From assembly GCF_006345805.1 (NCBI RefSeq), contig NC_043001.1:45260001-45324000 (forward strand): a stretch of 64,000 nucleotides of DNA, given 5' to 3'. Positions 25,323 to 39,634 of the stretch are shown here, piece by piece. The notes beneath the pieces were generated by a model. That model worked only from the letters and a program-made list of their open reading frames with translations, searched no databases and had not been told where the DNA came from. Position numbers and translations under genes: made by a program. Source of the DNA: Octopus sinensis (Eukaryota). Positions within the stretch are counted from its first letter, which is position 1; every line of letters starts with the position of its first letter.

Positions 25323-26842
25323 CTGTGTAGGTAGCAAGCACAATTTTATACGTAATAGTCAACTAACAGGCTCAAAGTAAAACATTCAATAGCAACAGTT
25401 GTTATGTAGACTCATAAAAATCAATACATATTTATATATATATAAATATATTTTTTCTTTGTTATGTAGAATATCGGTCATATCCTATATTCAGTAGTTT
25501 ATGAAAACAAATGTATAAAAAACTAACAACCACCAAATCCATTTCAATAGTGTGTGTGTATGCATGCTCACCCCTTTTCATCTGCAGTCACGCATCTTGA
25601 AACCTTACTGAACAACATATCCACTGAGACCAAACAATCTTCCTCTCTTCCCTTTCTCAATACATACAGCTTTGTTAGTAATCAACTCACCTAGTCATCC
25701 AACTACACTTTCAATGTGTATAAAAATCATTCTACCTCAATGCTGGTCCCTACTACCTTCAGTCTTTCACCTGACAAATTTTCCAAACCCTCCAACCATT
25801 TAATACTGTTAAATCTATAGAATTAGATAATAATCTTAGCTATGACCTAAAACAGTGCAAATAATACAATGATCTGATGTCATAACCAAATTGATCAACA
25901 TCTACCTCACTGTAAGTATTATACATCATAAATGCTTATAACTATGAGTCATAACAGGAAAGCATAAATCAAATTTTCAAAGTTACTGTCCTACCAAGTT
26001 CTCCTGTAACATTTTAAAGATGAATCATATCCAACTACACATTAAATCTCTTTCTCTCTCTCACTCACTATGACTCTCTGTCTTTATCTATCCAACTCAT
26101 TAGTTTCCATGGTTCTATAGTTGATTTTTTTCCCTATTAAACCCACAAAAGATCTCTCTAGAGATTTGACAGCAAAGTCATTTCATAAAAGAAACAGAAG
26201 TTTCACTCCTGTAAGATCTATTTTGTATTGCTTATGATATTTGGGAAAACGATGAACATTACAATTTCATGTTTTCTCCTGCATTTACATTATATGTTTT
26301 AGAAAAATGAAATTTTTATTGAAATTTTAAAAAATAAAATTTTATTTTATTTACATGTTCCATTTTATGCAAATGGGACATGTTGAAATATGGTTTGCAA
26401 AATATTGCATTAACAATTTTTTTTAATGGTTTTAGTTCAGAGTAAAGTAACGAGCCCATAGCTTTCACAGGTTCTCCATACATGTGAGAAAAATATACAA
26501 CATGATAAACAGTGGGAAGTTATAAATAAACTATATAACACTTCACTCACTAACATACAACCATTAGCACACACGCTGTATCTTCCTTTTGTTTCCTCTA
26601 CATTGCTGGAACATTTTATTTCTAAACTAGCAAGCCATGTAACACTTTATCTAACTTTTCTCATTTCATCATCCCTAACTGTGTCTCATCTGCATCAAAT
26701 ACTTCACTTAAGCATACATTTTAGTTCAAAATTTCAAATTGATAAAACTAAGGTGATCTCGTAAAACAAAATTAAGGAGAAAATAAATATCATAGCAACA
26801 GCCTCAAGGTTGAAACATATAAACGAATATATATATATATAT

Positions 26843-27203
26843 ATCTTTTATTTGATTGTAGTCATGTTGGGGCATTGCCTCAAATTGACTTCAAGACTTA
26901 ATTTTTTAACCCTAGTATTTATTCTATCAGTCTCTTTTGCTGAACTACTAAGTTACAGAGATGTAAACACACCAATACCAGTAGTCAAGTGGTAGTGGGG
27001 GACAAACATGGACACAAAGACATACACACATAGATATATATGATGGTTTTCTTTCAGTTTCTTTCTACTAAATCTACTCACAAGGCTTTGGTTGGCCCAA
27101 GGCTAAAGTAGAAGACACTTGCCCAAGGTGCCATACAATGGGACTGAACCCAGAGCCATGTGGTTGGGAAGCAAGCTTCTTACCACACAGTGATGCTGCA
27201 CCT
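26843..27203 (-). mobile_element. tRNA-derived SINE family B with internal (CA/TA)n
   Basis: Head GTGTGGTAAGAAGCTTGCTTCCCAACCACATGG..GGTTCAGTCCCA, then GATTT.GTAGA..GAAACTGAAAGAA. Confidence 0.85.
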
Positions 27204-27821
27204 ATATATATAAACAATTAGGCTGATAATGAAACCCAAGTTAAAAGACAGTAACTCTTCATGAATATGAACACATGCTTGCCATATGTTAACTGTTTTT
27301 TAATTTTTCAATTTAATACTAAATTTTGATTTTTTAAAAAAAGACTAATTTTTTAACCACCAACCCTTTCCTTGCTTACAGATTTCATAAAAATATATTT
27401 TGTTCATTTTTATTGTTTTACATTCATTGTTCGAAGCTTTCATAGGTGGAATATATTTTCAATTTCACAAACCACAAAATTATGAAGGAACAGTTTCTTT
27501 TGTGACTTTGTCAAACAAGAGCTAATGGGATTAAGTAAACTGCTTTGTGATGGTGGTGACAATATAATGACTGAGCTTGTATGGTTTGAACTGAAGAGGG
27601 TAGTTACCTATAGATTAGTCCCTTAACATCATACTATCTCACTTATCAGCTTGAAATTTCAACTTATCCCCACCTCAAAACCAAAATGAAAAATAAAAGA
27701 AAAAATAATATAAACTGTAAAAGAAAAATGTAATATAATTTCAATTAAAATTTCAAATTAATAAAACAAGTCCATGCAAAAAATAATAAATAAATAATTT
27801 TAAAAAACCCTATAAGTATTA

Positions 27822-27825
<4 letters not shown>

Positions 27826-27877
<52 letters not shown>
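27826..27877. repeat. (TA)n microsatellite
   Basis: Uninterrupted dinucleotide run; many other TA, CA, GA and AAT tracts occur across the window. Confidence 0.95.
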
Positions 27878-27880
<3 letters not shown>

Positions 27881-28099
27881 ACTATAGATCTACTTACTGG
27901 TTTTGATTCTTTAAATGCTATTGAAGAGCATCCTGGTTCATAATCAACAATACTTCGAGGTTGAATTTTGTAGATTGAAAGATTGGCACGAGCGTCAGGA
28001 GGACTCCAAGGACTATGAAAATAGAAACAGAAAAGGAAAATGGAACAGAATGAGTATTCTTGAAATAAATATGTGTATACATGATACAGTTAGGCAATT

Positions 28100-28561
28100 A
28101 AGGATGTGATAGATAAGGCAATTAGACAGGGAAAACCCCAGGTTCATTGGGAATTACTTCTGATATGCTTAAAACATGGTGAAGTAGGATACAGTTGAAT
28201 CACCTATATAGTTAATAAGGTTATTCAAGAAGATGCCATCCACAATGATTGGCATAGCAGCATTATAGTCAGTTGTTACAAGGGTAAAGGAGCTTAGAAT
28301 TAATTATGGAGTTATCAAATTTCTGGAAAAGGTCATGAAAGTTACAGAAAGAGTTATTGCCCAATTAATTAGAAACAGTATTAGAGTAGATAATATGCAG
28401 TTTGTTTTTGTGTTAGGTACTACTGATGTTATCTTCTTAAACAACTACAGCAGAAGTATTTAGCTAAGAGTAAACCATTATACTTAGCATTTGTTGATAT
28501 GGAGAAAGCCTTCAACATAATCCCTCATTTAGCAAGACGGTGGTCTCTGAGGAAGTTAGGG
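28100..28561 (+). mobile_element. RTE-clade reverse transcriptase fragment (pseudogene)
   Basis: DWHSSIIVSCYKGKG, MQFVFV, TTDVIF and LYLAFVDMEKAF..WSLRKLG; frameshifted. Confidence 0.88.
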
Positions 28562-29353
28562 TATGTATTTCTATATCTCCCTTTTCATTACTCTTGCACA
28601 TATTTTCTATTCCATTCTCCTATATCTCACACTCTACCCATCTACATACTGGTATGTCCCATCATCTGCACCGCAACTCCTGTTCATTACTCACTACATT
28701 AATTCCTACCTCCACCTGTTTACTCTTCCCTAACACCCTTATGAAAGCATCCATTCTCTCACCCCACCCATGACCCACTGTCTGTGCCCTCTCTTATGTT
28801 CACATTCTTATTCTTGAGAGTTTGCTTTCACACACATCCATAACTACCTTCCCCTTATCTTCTTCAGGCATACATCTCCTTTATGGCAAAACACCTTTGC
28901 TTGTCCCTCTATCATACTTTAGCCTTTCAACACCTGGCATACAGCCACCCACCTCTACCTTCCCCTCCTAACTACTTTCTCTTAATAGTGGGAGATTTTT
29001 CGTTTTTTATTTTATTCTTTTCTCTCTTACAAAATTCATGGTAACCTCACAAATGCTGATGGCACAAAAAATGCACCCAGTACACTCTGTAAAGTGGTTG
29101 GCATTACGAAAGGCATCCAACTGTAGAATCCAGGCCATGTATACATTAAAACAGTATGATAGTAATACCTTCCATCTTTTTTTTTTAACTCTTTCATTCA
29201 CATTAGACTGCAGCCCTACCTTTCAAGCATATCAATAACAGAATTTATTTTGGAATATTGGTAGTTATCTTATCACTCTCAATTCATTAAGCTGATAAGT
29301 TATGGAATATAAACAACAGTACCATTTTTTAATGAGTGTAATAGCAAATACAA

Positions 29354-29398
<45 letters not shown>

Positions 29399-29732
29399 CA
29401 TGTACATGACAAACTTCCACAGAGTTTGATAAATTTCACTCACTAGACATTGGTCACTTGAGATTTTCGTAAAAGACACTTGCACAAAGTACCATGCAAT
29501 ACTTTGTGTTTGAACATGATTGGGTAATAAAGTTCTTTACCACACAACCATTTCATGCAGATGGGGTCTTTAGATAATTTCTTTTAGTCTTTTATAATAA
29601 CTTTTGGAACTTACAAGTACACATTACAATACATCAATGTACCAATTCTCTTACCCTAATTTGCATAGCACAGAGAAGAGTATGCTTTATTGAAGTGGTT
29701 TAATATAACTAAAATATGTCTAGAGTTATTAC

Positions 29733-29741
29733 CTGTACTTG
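29733..29741 (-). CDS. Candidate 9-nt microexon CAAGTACAG (SKY)
   Basis: atcttag|CAAGTACAG|gtaata; frame-preserving. Confidence 0.3.
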
Positions 29742-30237
29742 CTAAGATCATATTAAGATATTAGCCACTGAAGTGAAGTTTTCTTCTCAATATATATTCA
29801 TAATACACACTTTTTCTGAAAAAACAGGATTATGAGATTTCCTGAACATTCACTTCACAGCAGATGTACTTTTACAGTATACACTGGTAAAGTTTAAATG
29901 AAGGTCACTTTTGGATTTGCTTTTTGCTTTGTTTAGGAATCAGAAACATTTTCAGTACATTTTGCTGAGAAATTTTAATAAGTGAACAAACACTCCTTTT
30001 TTCATTCATAGTGCAAGAAAAATTAGTGCATATTACATACAAGGGATATATTATTCTAGAATTTTTGTTCCCCTTAATTTTAGTCATACATGAGCACATA
30101 TAGTATGTAAATACAATAGATATTTCTTCTCACTTCATTAAGTATGATGTTATTAGCTTAAAAGTTACTATATCACTAATGTTGTAGACAGAGTAAAGTG
30201 AGGGGATTACAAAAATCTATAAGTAAATAATGCACAC

Positions 30238-30340
30238 CTCCTCCTTTCTCTTGATGACACAGATTTACTTCGGTTTCTTTCAAATGTACTGCCACCGGTG
30301 TATGGTCTGCTTTCTGATGCTGATCTGTAACCTGTATCAT
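30238..30340 (-). CDS. Candidate 103-nt coding exon, phase 1 to 2, (D)DTGYRSASESRPYTGGSTFERNRSKSVSSRERR (S/R-rich, probably disordered)
   Basis: Acceptor attttctttttcag, donor GAG|gtgtgc, CpGs retained. Phase 0 is also open; phase 1 fits neighbouring exons. Confidence 0.72.
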
Positions 30341-30718
30341 CTGAAAAAGAAAATATAACAAGACTTTACTGAAAGGTTACCAGTCAAATACAGACAGATT
30401 AAAACATCATTGATATCTTAATCTTGTCTTTGAGTGTCACAGCTAGAAACAAAGATGATGTTAAGCAATAAAAGTAAATAAGTAACAGCAATAATAATAT
30501 TATCATTAATTATTATAACAATAAAATGAAAAAAGTATATATATTTAATACTGAAAATAAAAGCAATTAGTGAAAACTGATTTAAGGTTACATAACATGA
30601 TTAACAAATACATGAATAATATACAAAGTGACTTAATAAAGTCAATGCATCTTTTAAAACATACATACACTATTGTATTCACTTTTACATTGTTGTTGTA
30701 ATCATCATCATCATCATT

Positions 30719-31870
30719 AGGTAGTGAATTGGAAGAGTTGTTAAAACAACCTTATGGTATTCGTTCCAGTTCTCTATGAGTTCAAATGCTGTCACGGTCA
30801 ACTATGCCTTTTTTCTTTCAGAGGTCAACAAAATAAAGTACTATCCATGGCAATGGATTGGTGGAATTGTTCGAGCATCAGCCAAGAAATCTTGTAGTTA
30901 CTATTTTATCTCTTTCCATTCTCAGTTCAAATTCTGCCACAGGATCCAAATTTTGTCAATGCGTTGACGTAATGATTATTATTATTATATTTTATATCAT
31001 TAAGCATCACAGTATTTTCTTATACATCTACCTATTAGTTACTGGTATTTTACTAAACATTCAGTAAACAAATTGTAGTTGCATAACAAAAGACTATGAT
31101 ACTTAATAATAACATTATATTATAAAATAATATTAATATTTAAGTAATAGAGAGTACAGCAGTGTATGGGTGTTTTAATATTTACAATGACACAGCTACT
31201 GATGAGAATTGTTTCAGTCACAGTACAGGATGAACTTTCATTAAATAATTCACCAAATAAGTGCAACTCAGAAATGTATGATTTTAATTCTTTTCCTTCT
31301 TTTTCTCAATAAATATTCATAAATTTGAAATACGGATTCAGACAATATTGCAACATTGATGATAGAATGTCAATGAAGTATATGGAGTATATTCACTTAT
31401 TCAAAATTGATAAATGAACTTGTCTCAAATTCTTATCAGTTTCTTCTGAAGTAAGAAAACATAATGAATTGGAAAGTGATATTAGACATTATAAACACTA
31501 ATTTTAATCAGAAAAGAGAGACAGGATTTAACTCTTCCTGTTTTATTTGTTCAATATATGGAAATGTTTTAGGTTACTTGTTAAATCTAAGGAAGAAAAG
31601 ATCTTAGAACTCAGAATCATTTTGCCTCTTGCCCTCTCCCTCCTTCCCTGAAGATCTTACAGTTCATGAAATGAAACAAACAAGTTTTTATGCCTGCAAA
31701 GAAGAGAATTTGTTTCAAATTCTCAACACAACACATAAATCATCTATCAGATAAATTGCCTTTCATATTTGGGATTGATAAAATATATATAATTTGGACA
31801 CTGGAGTCAATGTAATGACTTACCCTCTTCTCCTTGCTGGCCTTGTGCCAAAATTTGAAACCATTATTGT

Positions 31871-31906
<36 letters not shown>

Positions 31907-33870
31907 TGCTGGCCTTTGTGGAAGGGGTAAATCAATTACATTGTTTAATTGGTACTTACTTTATCGATCCTGAAAAGATGAAAGGCAAAACTGACCTTTT
32001 CAGAATTTGAACTCAGAATGTGGAGGCCTACAAAATGCTGCTAAGCATTTCATTCAGCATGCTAACGCTTCTGCCACCTCACCGCCTTATTAATGATAAT
32101 AATAATAATAATAATAATCTCTTCTACTATAGGTACAAAGCCTGAAACTGTGGGGGAGGGGGCTAGTTGATTACATCGACCCCAGTGTCCTACTGGTATT
32201 TATTTCATCAGTCCTGAAAGGATGAAGGGCAAAGTCAACCTTGGCAGAATTTGAACTCAGAAAGTAAAGACAGACGAAATGCTGCCAAACATTTTGCATG
32301 GTGTGCTAACAATTCTGCCAGCTTTCCACCCTAATAATAACAATAAGAACAACAACAACAAAATAAAATAATTTTGTGACAGAGATATAACATCTGATGT
32401 TTTTGAAGGGTTAAGTAAGCAGAAGTTGTAATATTTATGCTTTTTTGCAAGAGAGTTACTAACCTAAGTAGACTCAACTAGGAACAGAAACTGTATTGAA
32501 TTCACTATATAGCAAAACTTTCTTTTAAGCAACATACAACCTACAAACATATTAAATAAAATAAACCTCTTTTTTCATTATAACACAGCATCACAAATTT
32601 AGAGGAGAATTCTAGTTAATGGATTGATCTCAATAAAAAACTGATTGGCTAATATTTTTTATTGGCCATGGAGTGGTGAAAGTCAATGCTGACTTTTAAA
32701 CTTGGGGAAGAAAGAGATCAGACTAAATATGGTGAGGCATTTTATTTCATCCATCCTGCTACTATTTCTGTTTTTTATAACAACTATTTTTAACATAGGC
32801 ATAAAGCCACATATTTAAAAGGAGGTATCATAGCTAACTGAAATTATACCAGATTTGAATCAAGAATGTAAAGAAATGTAACTAAATACTGCATTTTCCT
32901 AGCATTACCTTTTCATTTATGCTACCACTTTATATAATAATTACAATTACATAAAACTAAGAAAAATAGAACAGTTTACAATTAGCTTGACCTCTGAAAG
33001 AGATCACGTCTTTCCATGGGATATGTGTTAAAACATTTTTGTAGACTATAGAGTGACTTGTGACCTACCAGTGCAATCATCAACTTGCATTACATTGCAG
33101 ATTAGTTCCAACTGAACAGATCAATGATCAAAGCATTCCAGCTATAACCATCCCAACATTTTTTTTTACAGCTGTACCTAGGGCATTATCATCCAAAGTG
33201 AGTGGATTTTGCTGTCGTGTCTAGCAAACTGAGCAACTGTGTAGAAGTTTCTTCATTGTCTCCATAAGTTTGTCAATAGAAGACTAAGTTGTTCAGAGAC
33301 ATTGATAATTAGATGTTGACTTTGATATACATCAGACTAGTGACACCAGTCTAGTTTACTATATAAACAAAACGACTATTTTATAAAACACTGATTTTAT
33401 TGACTTGAGTTCTGAGTCTCAGTCATAAAGAAAGAAAGAAAGAAAAAAGGAAGAAAAATATACAAGGTTAGGTCATATTTGTAATATAGAATCAGTGTAG
33501 AACAGCCATATAATATTTGTATATGCATTGCCAAAAAGTTAATTGTATTAAAATAACTTTACTAGATTGAGAATATTAACCCATCTTATTTCTAATACTT
33601 ATTATCAAAATCCACTCACGATGTAACAAGTTTGCTGACATTGTAATTTCAAGTCTCTAAGGCTGGCAGAATCATTAGCATGCCAGGCAAAATGCTTAGC
33701 AGCATTTCATCCATTTTTATGTTCTGAGTTCAAATTCTGCCAAGGTTGACTTCGCCTTTTATCCTTTCAGGGTTGATAAATTAAGTACCATTGAAACACT
33801 GGGATCAATGTAATCAACTAGTCCCCTCCCCAACAATTTCAAACTTTGTGTCTATAGCAGAAAGGATTAT
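30719..33870. mobile_element. Family A SINE copies at about 30719-30960(+), 31740-31865(+), 31905-32332(- x2), 32570-32930(-), 33660-33868(+)
   Basis: Same motifs as the other family A copies. Confidence 0.82.
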
Positions 33871-34039
33871 AATTTCAAGTCTTAAAGTTATGTCCATATA
33901 CGAATGTTATACATTTACATAAATGAATATATTGGGCAAAACTCTGAGTAGACTGTCATTTTTTTTATATGATAAACATATCTATCCACACTATCCAACA
34001 TACTGAGTCCTATATCATTTGCACTATGTAAAATATATC

Positions 34040-34458
34040 TTTTATCTTTTCTTTTACTTGTTTCAGTCATTAGACTGTGGCTACACTGGGGCAGTGCCAT
34101 GAAGAGCTTTTTTATTTGAACAAAACCACCTCAGTACTTTTCTTAAAGCTTGGTACTTATTCTATCAGTTTCTTTTTGCTAATAAGTTACAGGGACATAA
34201 ACACACCAACACCGGTTGTCAAGTAGTGGTGGGGGACAAACACAGATACAAAGTCACACAAAAAGATACACACACACACACACATGTAAATGCATACACG
34301 ATAGGCTTATTTCAGTTTCCATCTGCTAAATCCACTCATAAGGCTTTGGTCAATCTGAGACAAGTAGAAGACACTTGTTCAAAGTACCACATTGTGGAAC
34401 TGAACTTGGAACCATGTGGCTGAGAAGCAAACTTCTTGCCACACAGCCATGCCTGCGT
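34040..34458 (-). mobile_element. SINE family B copy
   Basis: Collinear with 26843-27203. Confidence 0.85.
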
Positions 34459-35129
34459 TTATATATATATTTGTATATATTTTACATTTACATTAATGAT
34501 ATGTATATATATGCATATGGGGTGGGAGAGAGAGATTATAGAAATTTGTAAAATTTTATCATGTTCCCATTTGTTCCCTCATACTTTACTCTTTACAGCT
34601 TTAATGATTTTTCTTTATACACAGATTAAAATAATTTGTCATAGATGCAGTCCAAATAACTAGCACACTTAAGTTGTTGACAGTTCGTTGACTAAGAGAC
34701 TATAGACAGGTCAATAGTGATCATTTTTTCAGTACTATCAAGCACGTACTGCATTTATAAAGATTTATAAAGATTTATAAAATGCACTGATATCTATCAG
34801 TCTCAATGTCATGTCAAGAGTAGTCCAAGGTACAATATCTTAAACTCAAGTCATTAGTTTAAAATTATCTCAAGCATCTATTCCATTTGTAAAAAATGAA
34901 GGCGGGCAAAAAATTATGTTGTTCTTAAATATTCCTACTATAGCTGTAACCCACAATATAACTAACAGCAACAACATAGATATTACTTGATACACTGTAA
35001 TGGTACTGATAACAGAAAGAGATAGTAACAAAGATAAGATGTGAAAGGATTATATTGCAGATCTGTCCAACCTGTGCAAACATGGAATAATTGGAAATAT
35101 AACAGATAACGATAATGAGAAATCATTTA

Positions 35130-35680
35130 GTTATCATCATCATCATTGTTTAACATTTGTTGTCCATGCTGGCATGGGCTGGACAGTTTGACCAGGGCTG
35201 GTAAGCTGGAAGGCTGCACCAGACTCCAGTCTGATTTGGCATGGTTTCTATGGCTGAATGCCCTTCTAAAGCCAACCACTCTGAGAGTGTAATGGGTGCT
35301 TCCATGGGCTATTGACATGGGTGCCATTTGCATCACACTAGTTTGATGGGTCTTCTTCTCAATAATGACATAATGCCAAAGGCCTCGGTCATTTATCATT
35401 GCCATTGTGTGGCCCAACAACACTTGAAAGATACTTTTCACATGCTACCAGCATTGGCCACTTTGCCTCCACAAGGCCCACTCAAAAGGTGCTTTTTATG
35501 TGCCACTGGCATGGGTGCCACTGGCATGGGTGCCACTGGCATGGGTGCCAGTTATGTGACACTAGCATCAGCCACAACTATGATTTCACTTGGCTTCACA
35601 GGTCTTCTCAAGCATATCACCAAAGATCTTAGCCATGACCTCTATGAGGCCCAAAGTTCAAAGATCATACTTCACCATCT
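35130..35680 (-). mobile_element. Long family C repeat with an internal 15-bp tandem (GCCACTGGCATGGGT)x3
   Basis: (CAT)n tail at left; tandem at about 35501-35550; accounts for ORF 35328-35816. Confidence 0.8.
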
Positions 35681-35696
35681 CTTAGTGTTATTATTA

Positions 35697-38530
35697 AGGT
35701 ACTGGATTGGAAGAATTGTTAGAGTGATGACAGAAATATCTTGCAGTAGTTCTTCTGACTCCTTAGAGTTTGAGATTAAATACTGCAACAGTCAAGTTTG
35801 TCATCCATCCTTTTGAGATTGATAAAATAAAGTACCATTCAAGCATTGAGTCAAAGTAATTGAATAACCTTTCCCCTCCAAAATTGTTGGTGTTGTACCA
35901 AAATTTGAAATCACTGATATTATTATTATTACTGTTTTTAATAAAAATACATAGTGGTAAGCTGGCAGAATCGTTAGCATGCCAGGCAAAATGTTTAGTG
36001 GCATTTTGTCTGTCTTTATGTTCTGAGTTCAAATTCCACTCAGGCTAAGTTTACCTCCCATCCTTTTGGGGTCAATAAGGTAAGTACCAGTCAAGTACTG
36101 GCAATATAATTAACTTCCCTCTTTTTGCAAAAACATCTGGGTCTATGCCAAAATTTGAAATCGTTATAACATATTAGATCCATTGAAATATTAAAATAAA
36201 TGGTTCTATGTCTTCCTTTGCACGATAAACATAAAAGAGAAAATAAACAAAAGCTGTAACTACTTCGTTGATGAACTGTCAAAAATGTTTCTCACTTTCT
36301 AACACACACATACACACAAATTAGGAGAAAATTTCAAGCAATTTGTTTATCTCAAATACATATAATGAAACAAACAGCTTCTTTGTCCTCTCTTCCTCTA
36401 ATGATAACTGAGTGATACAGCTATTTTCCTTGAAAATTGCTTAAAACATTTATTTGCTCACAGAAAGTCAATGAAATGGGTCAAAATTCCAAAGAAGAAA
36501 TTAACTTTTGATTTCTGAAATGACTATTAGGATAAATGAATTGACTTATTTCTTATTGCAGTGAGTGAGTGGATGGATACTCAGAAATACTTAGAAGGTA
36601 TTATGTGTATAAAGAAAATGAGTTGTTGAGTATAAACAATTGATAAAGTGTACATTAATTACATATCATTCAACACAGTATGCCAGAGACTTGAAATATT
36701 TTGCCAAAACATTCTGCTTGTTACCAGGGAGTTTCTAGCATAATTCAAGCATAGACTATTTGCTAATTTATGAATAAATGACAGGAATTCTTTGGCAGTG
36801 GGTGAGTCTAATGTGAAATGGGGATAATATAGACGTTGTCAAAAATAGTAGTGATGGGACTGAGGATGAGGAGGGAGGAGAGGAAAAATAACACTTTCTT
36901 TGATAATTTCTAAGAGCAAATATTATTAAAGTACATTAACCCATTTTGTTTCCTGTCATCTCAAGTAAATACTGAAACATACAATGCACTAGATATCAAA
37001 TCCTCATCATAATCCATCTCTTCCTCTCTCCACCAGCCTGCCCCATCTTCAGGTTTTCCCATGCAGGATATACTAGATGGGTTACCATATTGGTGTGAAA
37101 ATCAGCTTCTTATATTCGAGTTCCTAATTCTAAGTTTTATAGTTCTTTTGCCACAAACATAGCACATTTATAAATTAAATTAACAGACATTTCAAGATGA
37201 GTGAAAAATAGTAATAGAAAAACTCAAACTAGATCCTATAATCCCCACTAAGCCTATTGATTAGAGAAATAGCATATTCTAAGTATATATATTTGTTTAA
37301 TAAATGAAAGATGGGAAGAGATAGGTTTTTAAATATGAATCAATTATTATTACTACTATTATTATTATTATTATTATTATAAAGGTGACGAGCTGGCAGA
37401 ATCGTTTAACATGCCAGGTGAAATGCTTAGCAGTATTTCCCCTGTCGCTATGTTCTGAGTTCAAATTCCACTGAGGTTGATTTTTGCCTTTCATCTTTGC
37501 ACTGGGGTTGATGTAATCGACTAGCCCCTTCCCCCAAAATTTCAGGCTTTGTGCCTATAGTAGAAAGGATTATTACTAAAGGTGGCAAGCTGGCAGAATT
37601 GTTAGCTCACTGGATGAAGTGCTTAGTGGTATTTTGCCCATTGCTATGTTCTGAGTTCAAATTCCGCTGAGGTCGACTTTGCCTTTCGTCCTTTCAGGGT
37701 CGATGAATTAAGTACCAGTGTATTGTAATGAAAATGATATTCCCCTTCCCACGTAACAAAGTGATATGAGTCAGCCACTATAAAGTCAGACAGTCAGTTG
37801 TTGTGGGAAGTCAGGAGTAGTAGAGTTGTTGTATGAGTTCTCAGTTGGAGTCAGTGTCAGTTACACAATATACACAAGTTCAAGTTAATGTCAAGGTAGA
37901 CAAATCATTGTCTTGTGGAGCTATCAGTGATAGCATGATAGATGAGTCAAAGATAGTAAAACGCAGAATACCACCAAAACAATAGGAGTAACAAGAATAT
38001 TATAGTACCAGCAAAAACATGCAAATGGACGAGGATTCACATTATGAAACAGTGAAATACTGGGGTCAATGTAATCGACTAGTCTCCTCCCCCAAAATTT
38101 CAAGCCTTGTGCCTGTAGTAGAAAGGATTACTATTATTAAATTAGCAGCCTTTAGAATCACTAAAATTCTGCTGAGGTCAACTTTGCCTTTATCTTTTCA
38201 GGGCCAATAAAATATTTACCAGTTAAATATTGAAGTCAATGTAATCGACTTGCCCCTCTCCCTCAAAATTTCAGACTTTATGCCAATAGTGGGAAAAAAT
38301 TATAAGGTGACAAGCTGGCAGAGTTGTTAGCATGTTGGACAAAATGCTCAGTGGCATTGCTTCCAGCTTTTATGTTCTTAGTGCAAATTCTGCCAAAGTT
38401 GACATTGCCTTTCATCCTTTCAGGGCCAATGAAATAAGTACCAGCTGAGCACTGGGGTCAATGTAATTAAGTTCCCCATCTTTCACAATTGCTGATCTTG
38501 TGTCTATAAAAAGGATTATTATTATTATTA
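35697..38530 (+). mobile_element. Family A SINE copies at about 35697-36162 (x2) and 37382-38530 (x4, one split by an insertion)
   Basis: Same motifs, (TTA)n spacers. Further copies at about 55420-55610(+) and 56690-56905(-). Confidence 0.85.
37721..38049. mobile_element. 329-bp insertion splitting a family A SINE, possibly a solo-LTR-like element
   Basis: Flanked by direct repeat CAGTG (37716-37720 and 38050-38054); the SINE resumes exactly after it. Confidence 0.6.
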
Positions 38531-39000
38531 TTGAATGAGAGAACAGTGCATGCCATCAAAGTGACACTGGGGTACAAATATACAAAGCTCAGTATACCCA
38601 TTGTGACTACCCAAGGGTACACCAGTCACATGCATCACAGGCATATGTGCACGACATGGTGATCTCATATCAAGATAAAAAGTGCATGACCTTGCAAATG
38701 AGGACCCAGTTAGAATTTTCTTCAGGTTGAGTAGCCCATCCCGCTCAAAAGGTCTTTGAATAAGGGTTGTTTAAGAATGTTGAACAAAATACTTATGTTT
38801 CCAAAGGTGAATTATTCAAACTCCAAAGAATTCCTCTCAACACATGGCTATGATGCTTCCCCACTACTTCTGCATGCGATCAGAGATGCACATATTGTCA
38901 GCCACAAAGGAACATGCTCAACTGGTTACGGTCAAACAAGTAACAAGCAAATCTGTGGTATTGAGCAGAATATTTCCTGTAGCCCATCTTTTATACCAGT
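38524..39000 (-). mobile_element. (TAA)n-tailed interspersed repeat, probably a non-autonomous non-LTR element
   Basis: Begins at a (TTA)n run, higher GC than flanks; recalled as a common octopus repeat; single copy in this window. Confidence 0.45.
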
Positions 39001-39634
39001 GCAGTCACTTCAACAAGTTTACGATGTTGAAATTTGGTTGTATCTTATATCTGATACTTATTAACATCTATTAATTCTTTCTGTACCTTTATTTAACTGA
39101 AATTAGAGCCTCATGGTAAAAACTGCATTATAATGCAATATTTCTTCTGTAAGAAAAAACATGAAAATTTTGCAAGTGAGAAGAATCAATTGTTTTGAGC
39201 AACCAGTGAATTTTACATTCCTAGCTCAGCTGATGTGCTTGATGTCAGAGGAACTGATACATTTTGTAGTCAAGAGTATCCATCAATGAATGGTAAGTAG
39301 AACACCAAAACTTCTTCCGGGCATGCTCACAACAAAGTTCAACTTGGCCATGCATGTCAACAAAACATGACTCAAGTCTGCAATCTGCCACTGACAATAA
39401 CAATAGACCATTTCAGCTTGTATTGCAGTACTTCTTTACAGCCTGGTGGACTGAACTATTTAAGGTTGTTGTTGTTGGCCTATGAACAAAGTTGTGTGAA
39501 TCATGGCCATCTCATTTTTTTAGGGGTAAGGCTATCTTATCTAGTGTGCCTTTATATAAATTGATAAGAGTGTGATTTGAAAAAGATTAGTTTACTATTC
39601 CCAAAAGACTGTGACTATATAGATGTGCCTATGG

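Noticed and set aside
32951-33045. 54-nt (YKNVLTHIPWKDVISFR) and 6-nt phase-1 candidates
   Set aside because: Each has one weak splice site; not distinguishable from chance.
35328-35816. 162-aa ORF with ATGMG repeats
   Set aside because: Lies in a family C repeat with a 15-bp tandem; no protein family features.
36170-36280. Long minus-strand pyrimidine tract ending tgcaaag, with nearby CpGs
   Set aside because: No convincing donor.
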